DNA of 63,166 nt, counting the filler, from Pelomyxa schiedti (taxonomy: Eukaryota > Protista > Evosea), in assembly GCA_020536535.1 (NCBI GenBank). It is 10 parts of 10 records of this genome, joined end to end, with 100 filler letters (N's around TTAATTAATTAA, not from the genome) between each part and the next. Parts side by side here need not be neighbours in the genome. Positions count along the whole stretch, not along the records: positions 54,761 to 56,450 come from JAHLWZ010002329.1; positions 56,551 to 57,735 come from JAHLWZ010002726.1; positions 57,836 to 61,639 come from JAHLWZ010001679.1; positions 61,740 to 63,166 come from JAHLWZ010002512.1; 6 more parts are not named here. One strand, written 5' to 3'. Each line of letters opens with the position of its first letter. Positions within the stretch are counted from its first letter, which is position 1. The notes under the pieces are model-generated. The model saw only the letters and a program-made list of their open reading frames with translations, was not told the DNA's origin and ran no database searches. This document shows, piece by piece, positions 55,991 through 63,166 of the stretch. Position numbers and translations under genes: made by a program.

Positions 55991-56983
55991 CCCTCATCAC
56001 CATCACAACCGTTGCTGTATGTTCCACCACCGCGCTACCAGCAAGCTGTATTGCCTCCACAGCAACAACCTGCTGCTGCTGTCCCACAATGGCGCTGTGC
56101 TAGGGCAGCACTTTATTAGGACTACTACTACTTACTATTCGCCGGCTACTACTAGTGCTACTACTACTTCTACTCCTAATCTCTATTACGCCGCTATTAT
56201 TATTATTGTACAAATAGCAATTCCGGGATACCCGGAAATTTATAAACCTCTACCGCACACACTGCACTTACTTGTACTATACAGGCCGCCTTGCAACTCC
56301 CTCCCTTTGGAAGGATGCACATGTGGGGATGGGGATACACTCTGTGGAAGGGTGTATCATTCACACGCACCTGGCACCCTGTTTATAGAACCGCACACAC
56401 GCACTTGCACCCCCCACACGCACCTGCATCCCACACACCTGCACCCTCCTNNNNNNNNNNNNNNNNNNNNNNNNNNNNNNNNNNNNNNNNNNNNTTAATT
56501 AATTAANNNNNNNNNNNNNNNNNNNNNNNNNNNNNNNNNNNNNNNNNNNNGTTTTCAAATGTGAGAAGTCGAAAAAGAAAAACGGAGAAGAGAAATGGAA
56601 ACATACCGCTGTGCCCCTTCCCCTCGTCATGGAATCTTCAATGACCTGTGTTGTTGTGAGAACAAGAACAAAAACAGAAAGAAGACTAAGCTAAACGACA
56701 ACGAAATAAAACAAAGCTATACAACAGTTCGGGAAAAAAAAAACAAAACTAAACCGAGAAACAACAACGAAAGACCGGTGCGATAAAGCGCAATAAAATT
56801 AAAAACAAACAAAGAAAACAACATCGGGAAAAAAAAAACCGATACCAAACAACACTTACCTTGCAAAATGTGAGGTCTGTCGCACCACCAGTCACCCACC
56901 CACCTGCGTGACACACGCCACACCGGCCGGCTCCGGCCCACCAAACGGCATTAAATTTTATTTGTTGCAACTGGCAACGAAAG

Positions 56984-57278
56984 GAAAATCCTCACTCTCA
57001 GCACCAAGTCAGATCGTGTTGCTGCAGTCTGCACCAACTGAGAGGAGACAAGTGTATAAACAATCAACTCAGTTAATTAATCCTGGGCGTGTTGGTGCCT
57101 TCCCGGTTGGAGCTAACCGACTTCTGCGTCTGACTTAGTGGGATGGAGAGATCCCCCACTTTGGGTTTAACGGACCAATTTGGGTACAAGTTCAGCTCTC
57201 CAATGTACAGACAAATTGTGTTAAATCTCCCCAATTCCATCCAAATTGGGGAACTTGCACACACTTTGGAATCAGGGT
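56984..57278 (+). repeat. ~295-bp dispersed repeat; diverged reverse-complement copy at ~61314-61610
   Basis: Colinear match, e.g. caccaactgagaggagacaagtgtataaacaatcaactcag is present in both. Confidence 0.85.
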
Positions 57279-58580
57279 GAAGTTCAAACTTCATCATCAC
57301 CACTGCAGAGATCCCCACCAACACAAGCATCAGCAACGCCACGAATTGTGACCGTGCGTCCACCACTCGTCAAACCACCTTCACTGGGGAAAAAAAATGC
57401 TTTTTTTCATTCATCTCTTCTGTTTTTTCATGTGGCGTTGGTTTGGTCGCTTGGCACCTTTGCCTGTTGATGTTGTCGACGACGATGACCCGTTGATGGC
57501 GTTGTGATCACGTGACCAGGGAGCCAGCCTCAGTCTCTCGCGCTCGGGTGTGTTGCTGCTGTTGGACTGCGAAGTTACCTCGACGATGCCCGCCCGGTGC
57601 AGAATGTCCTTTGAACCCTCGAACAGTGACGCCTGGGTGGCCTTGCTGATGCCACGCACGTGGGTCTGTGCTATGAACTTGCTGCGTAGTGCTGTGCATG
57701 GTGCTCCTGTTGTGGTTCTGGATAGGGAGGATGATNNNNNNNNNNNNNNNNNNNNNNNNNNNNNNNNNNNNNNNNNNNNTTAATTAATTAANNNNNNNNN
57801 NNNNNNNNNNNNNNNNNNNNNNNNNNNNNNNNNNNAGCGGGAGAATACGAACAGGGCTGTCTACGCCGCAGCGAGGGTGCACGCCAAGTGCCAACGCAAT
57901 GAACTGTGTGTCCCCATCAATGGTGTAAGTCTTGGATTGATCTCGACCCGTGTGTGGTCCCTTGGGCATGGCTTTTTTCTTTTTTGTGTTTTGTTATACG
58001 TTGGCTAAAAAAAAAAAAAGATGACAATGGTTGGCAGGGGAATTACCTGATCCTTTTTGGCACTTGCTTGTGGTTTCTGCTTCTCGTTTTTTCTCGCCCC
58101 CGAGCCCGCACCTCCGCGATGCATTGATGTTGTGGGTAATAAAAATGAAGCAGTTTTTAAATGCCGCTGACCAGTCCCACCACATCATGACTACTCATTT
58201 GGATGTGAAAACTCCTACGCTCAGGAAAACCAACCGGGTACATTGACAGCTGGGCCGAACGGAGACGAGCTGTTGTTGCCCTGGAGGCCGCCACTAGTCG
58301 AGTACGTGCAGTGTGCCTTCGTCCCTGTAGTTCTAAGTACGGTTCTGATCACTGATGGATTTCACACAAATGCGAGTCTGTTGGGACCCTGAGGTAGATT
58401 CCGGCGACACCGACAAGGGATTCTAGTGCTTTATAACACTATTGGGGTCACTCAGCGAAATAGTAAACAATAAACTCTTGTTTGTGGTGGTCACTACCCA
58501 AACCCAATCTCCTCAAGAGAACCTCGGCACAGTTTCTTTTCTTTTCTTTTGTTTGGGGCAGTGGTATGATGTCACGCAGG

Positions 58581-61154
58581 TCAAGGGTCAGTGGGTGGTT
58601 GTTGCTGTTGCTGCTGTGTTGTTTGTTGTTGGTAAGGGCCGATTGTTGGTGTTGAGGTTGTTGGTTGGTTTGAGTGTGGTTGTTGTTCTTGTTGTTGTGC
58701 AGTGATGCCGGTGGCAGTGGTTGTGGTTGTGGTTGTGGTGGATCCGGAATCTTGGGGTGAATTACCGGGGTCGTTTGTGGGGGGTATGTGGCGGTGCGAG
58801 TGCTGCGGTCTGTTTTTGGCGCCGATTTCGCGTATCACGAACTGCGGGTACTTGGCCAGCATGTCCCGTATTTGCTGCTGAATTTGCTCCGCAGCAGCGG
58901 AATCGGATTCCGGGAATGTTCTTCTCCTCCCGACTAGGCAAACGTTCTTGGTACTGGGAATGCGCATGTAGTCTCGCTCTGCTTGGTATCCACAAGTTTC
59001 TGCCACTTGCTCTAGCCATTGTAGGTATGTCTGCCATTGATGGGATGAGAAAAAGAAGGATTTATACTGTAAATTGAATTATATGCCTTATAGCGGCCTT
59101 GGTTGTGGTCATTGCCATGGAATCTCCCGGAAAAGTCATGGAAGCAGCACGGTATAGAAAGAAATCTGTGCTTTGGTGTTAACCTCCAAAATGTGATGAA
59201 AGCGGGACCAAACTTGACATTATAGTTGGAGTGAGCAGCAACAACAGAGATCCAAGGAGTTAATTCATCCGCACTATGTCAAGGGGGAGTAGAAGGTCAT
59301 TATAACAAGTCACAGAGGTTTCTCTTGTACTGGTTCCCAATAATCCAGTCCGTGTCAAGCAAAGATTCACGAGAGGGGTCAAACTGTTGCACAACGAGCT
59401 TCGTTGTTTCTCTGTTGTATCCGTTCCAAACAACTCTCTGAACAAGTTATTATGCAATGAGTGGATAGGAGGAGTGTTGTGGTTTGAATAACTTCATTCA
59501 GGTCAATTCCATAACCAGGATATCCTGACAACAATGAGCAATTCGTTACGAAAAACTTGGAAACCTTCAGATGTCAGAATGTTAACTAGAAATCCATTTC
59601 CGCATCCAAGATCCACAAATCGTTGTAAGCTGAATTAAGTCAAACCAAGGAGCACTTTGCTGATATAGATACGCTGTTTGACCGGTAACCTTGCGCTCTG
59701 CCTCACAAAGGCATATAAAGTAGGATGCTAATACCAACCAAATATTTAAACATGAGCTGTTCGGTATTCCATGTTCGTAATACCTATTCCGATGTCTTCA
59801 TAAACATACTTCTGCGTTTGCTTTCTTGTCTTCCACTCATCAACCCAGTGACTGGGTATGCAAGTGAGCGGAAAAGATATGTTCTTTGTACAAATCACCA
59901 ATATTTTTTCTTCAGTTGTTCATACTTCTGCACATAATCGTATTTGGGGATCAACTGGTCGTGCACAGCAGTTTTCTTATAAGTTCCCCTTCTGAACAAT
60001 TGATTAATATCACTCATTCGTGATTTCCACAGAGTACTCACGTGAGCGCCCAGCGTTGTAATTTTTTCAAAGATTTTGCCGCTATAGTTTTCTAATAAGA
60101 TCAGATTAAGACAAAGTCATTTTTCAACACTTACCATATTTGCTACGTAGGAGTCGCCAGGCTCTGGAAAAAAGACCACTTTGACGGAGAGAGCTGAGAC
60201 TAATGGGAGTGGAGGAGAGGTACTAGTATCGCATCCTTTCTTTACTTTGGGCATCTTTTTTTTCCCCCTGTTTTCTGTTGCAGAGGCAGTCTCAGAGTTT
60301 ATAGATGTGACAGGCGCGAGACCCGGAGGAGCTGAGGTCTTCTCAACGTTCTCGTTCGTAATTGTTGAACTCGTTGTAGCACTTCCAGAACCACTTGTAG
60401 TCAGAGATGTTGAAGGAAACACGCCCGGTAATGGGTTTGGGGGCACAGGTTCTGGGCTTTTTGGGAGTAGTGCAAATACAAACGATAGATGCTTTACCTG
60501 TGGAATACAAGTCAGTTACCGAGACTTGGTAGGCTTGGTAAAAACCTTTGGGTAAAACTTTGGGAACAGTTTCCATGGAGTGGGACCATCAGCAACTATT
60601 GGAGAAAAAGTGGCTGATGCAATCTCGGAAGTTTTCACAAAAGTAACAGTGTCATAAAGAATAGAGCCACCAGCACACTCCTTAGACAGTGGTGAGACAA
60701 ATCAACACCCCACAAGAATCCAACAACAACAAACAACCTTGGGAATGATTTTTCTTGTGACCACGTTTGGATTGTCTTGACGTGCAACTTCACAATGAGC
60801 AACTGCACGCCAAATGAACTCTGGGTGCTCCCGCCATTTCTCCTGAGGATCTTCATTAGATAGAAAACAAAAGAGGGACAGGTGTGAACCCATAATAGTG
60901 TCCTTATTATTACTATTATCGCTGGGGATTCGTTAAGCCACAAGGAGGACCATACGTCACCCCCTGATTTTGTGTGCCGAGAAAGTGGTGTGAGTCACAC
61001 ATACCATGACATACCAGAATGAATCCTCATCGACAGGCGTGGCCGCCGCCTCCCCAACACTCACCCATAATTCCTGCCCGTCGACGGCCCCCGTGCTCGT
61101 GCTACTCGCAACTGTCTCCCCCGACCCCGACGCAGCTGTCGATGTCGCCGACAT
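58581..61154 (-). CDS. TRM44: tRNA(Ser) Um44 2'-O-methyltransferase
   Basis: KYVYEDIGI, RFVDLGCGNGFLVNILTSEG, GYGIDL, DWIIGNH|ADELTPW and MRIPSTKN. Confidence 0.9.
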
Positions 61155-61739
61155 TGTAACCAAGTTTCTTCGAAATCAAAGTCGACTAAGTTCGCCTAAA
61201 CAGCAGTGCAATGACACCACAGACGTCAAGAAAACGGGTACTTAATTTAATACTGTCAGAAGAACGACGGGTGCAATGACATAGTCCAAAGGGGGGCGAA
61301 ACCCTCCTCAGGACCACCCTGATTCCAAAGTGTGTGCAAGTTCCCCAATTTGGATGGGATCGGGGAGATTTAAGACAATTTGTGTGAACATTGGGGAGCC
61401 GAATTTGGGCCCAAATTGGTAGCCGAAACCCAAAGTGGGGATCTCTCCATCGCACTAAGTCAGACTCAGAAGTCGATTCCCTCCGACCGGGAAGGGACCA
61501 ACGCGCCCAGGATTAATCAACTGAGTTGATTGTTTATACACTTGTCTCCTCTCAGTTGGTGCCGACTGCAGCAAGACGATCTGACTTGGTGCTGAGTGTG
61601 TGGATTTTCGGGGAACATGTTGTTTCTGTATCTTCCGTTNNNNNNNNNNNNNNNNNNNNNNNNNNNNNNNNNNNNNNNNNNNNTTAATTAATTAANNNNN
61701 NNNNNNNNNNNNNNNNNNNNNNNNNNNNNNNNNNNNNNN

Positions 61740-62387
61740 AATCTCATCGCCACAAGGATCAAATGGAGACATCCTGGCAGCGCGACGGCTCATTGGCACA
61801 GTGCACCTCACACTAACACCGCCGCCGAACGCAGGCACGCCGTTGCTGCCGTCCATCCTCAACACGATCACCTTGTTCGCCGATGTGTCTGCGGTCTGGT
61901 GTGGCGGCCCCTGTACCCTCACAAGCCACCGCTTGTTGCTGACCCAGAACCCATCGTCGTCGCCGCACATCATGGCGCCCACCAGCGCCGCCACAATTCT
62001 CCCCGCCCCATTCGCAATTATGGAGCCGCACTGCACGAACCTGTCGTAGCCCACGCACTCGCCGACGCGCCCGATCCACAGCCCCGACAGACCCCACTCC
62101 CCGACACACCTGTACGACACGACGCCGAGCGTCGCGCTCACCCCAACGAACACGTTGACGGCCATGCACCTGGCATTCTTGAGCGCGACGGATGTAGCGA
62201 GCCACCTGGAGCAGCCGACGACCCAGTCGCGGCCGAACTGCTCGCACAGCGCGCGATTGTGGGACAGCAGACTCGCTGGGCTCCCTCTCCCGCACCTGTC
62301 CAACACCGAGCACCCAAAACCAACAAACTGCGATCGTGCCTCGATCACTGGACGAATCGTCGCTGTTGGTTTCATCCTGCTGTTCAT
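61740..62387 (-). CDS. Member of an expanded lineage-specific family (ARSQF..RCG..SP N-terminal motif), 3'-truncated
   Basis: Intronless GC-rich ORF IEARSQFVGFGCSVLDRCGRGSPASLL..WVV..GVSATLGV. Related motifs at 57836-57969 and ~57366. Confidence 0.65.
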
Positions 62388-63166
62388 TTGTTTTTATAAC
62401 CGAACCCATCGCCTGTTTTCCTCCCCTTGATTAAACAAGAATACGGCAAACAACGGTGATGGGGTCCAATCACTCACGCACACCGCGGTTGCTGGACAAC
62501 AACAATACTGCGCATCGGCATACTCTCCCTGCACCGGCGCCGTACACCACCACGGTGACGACAGCCAAGTCACAAGCAATGGCCGTGTGTTGTGCCGGAA
62601 TCATCACCAACAGAAAGAATGGAAACAACCACACCAGCACCAACGCCAGTAAACACAACACAACGTCACCATCACCGACGCCGATGATTGCGCAGTGGGT
62701 GCGGTCGGGGGTGTTGTTCAGGACGTGGGCCGAGGAGTGGGTGCTGGCTCCCGCAAGGGAGGTTGAGTGGGAGGTGCCAATAAAGGGGGAGGATGAGAAC
62801 ACGGAAACGAAGGACGTTGAGAGCCACCTGTATGTGAGTGTGTCACTGACACTGGGAGTGGTCGCACACAGGTGGTTCACGTGCGGCGTCACCAGCCATC
62901 ACCCTGTGGTCATTGGGTGTCTTGGCCATGACAGGATACTTCACAGCTGGTGGGGCCCTGCTGCTGGGAGATTGTACAAGTATGGTGTCGTGGCCCTGGG
63001 TTGCATGCCAGAACCACCACAGGTGACACCAGCACCCCTTGATGATGGTTCTTCCTCCTGTTTCCTTACTGCTGACTGTGGTGTGAGTGTGATATGCAAC
63101 AGAAAATGGGTTGTGGCGTTCGCACCACGTGAAACCCTTCGTGCTTGGAAAGTTGTTGGGGGTTGT

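Noticed and set aside
62470-63166. Minus-strand ORF with a hydrophobic segment at the window end
   Set aside because: Truncated and interrupted by stops, with no identifiable family.

Overview
Eukaryotic, not prokaryotic, DNA. Ten contigs are joined by artificial 100-nt spacers (N44-TTAATTAATTAA-N44). Genes are densely packed and split by many short (~40-60 nt) spliceosomal introns, so the ORF track shows only exon fragments. Gene content and an expanded ARSQF..RCG..SP family suggest an amoebozoan, possibly a Pelomyxa-like archamoeba (inference). Recognisable genes: OSCP1, RhoBTB/RacA, MATE transporter, Zn-dependent PLC-like protein, RBR E3 ligase, SAM-SAM-Tyr kinase-ankyrin protein, 5'-nucleotidase, metallophosphoesterase, RPT3, Tubby, RPE, reticulon, PX-PH-AGC kinase, RRM protein, Cpn60, SH2-TKL kinase and TRM44. 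Best candidate for an undescribed system: a 6-exon, ~1143-aa gene (17843-21537, minus strand). It fuses C2H2 zinc fingers, an SF2 helicase whose Walker A lies AFTER motif VI (circular permutation), and an RRP8/nucleomethylin-like SAM methyltransferase. Also notable: a self-overlapping 1575-bp unit with three degenerate tRNA-like genes, a ~25-kb block bounded by diverged ~2-kb direct repeats, an intronless orphan ORF and a decayed transposase. Exon joins were made by eye and no database searches were run.
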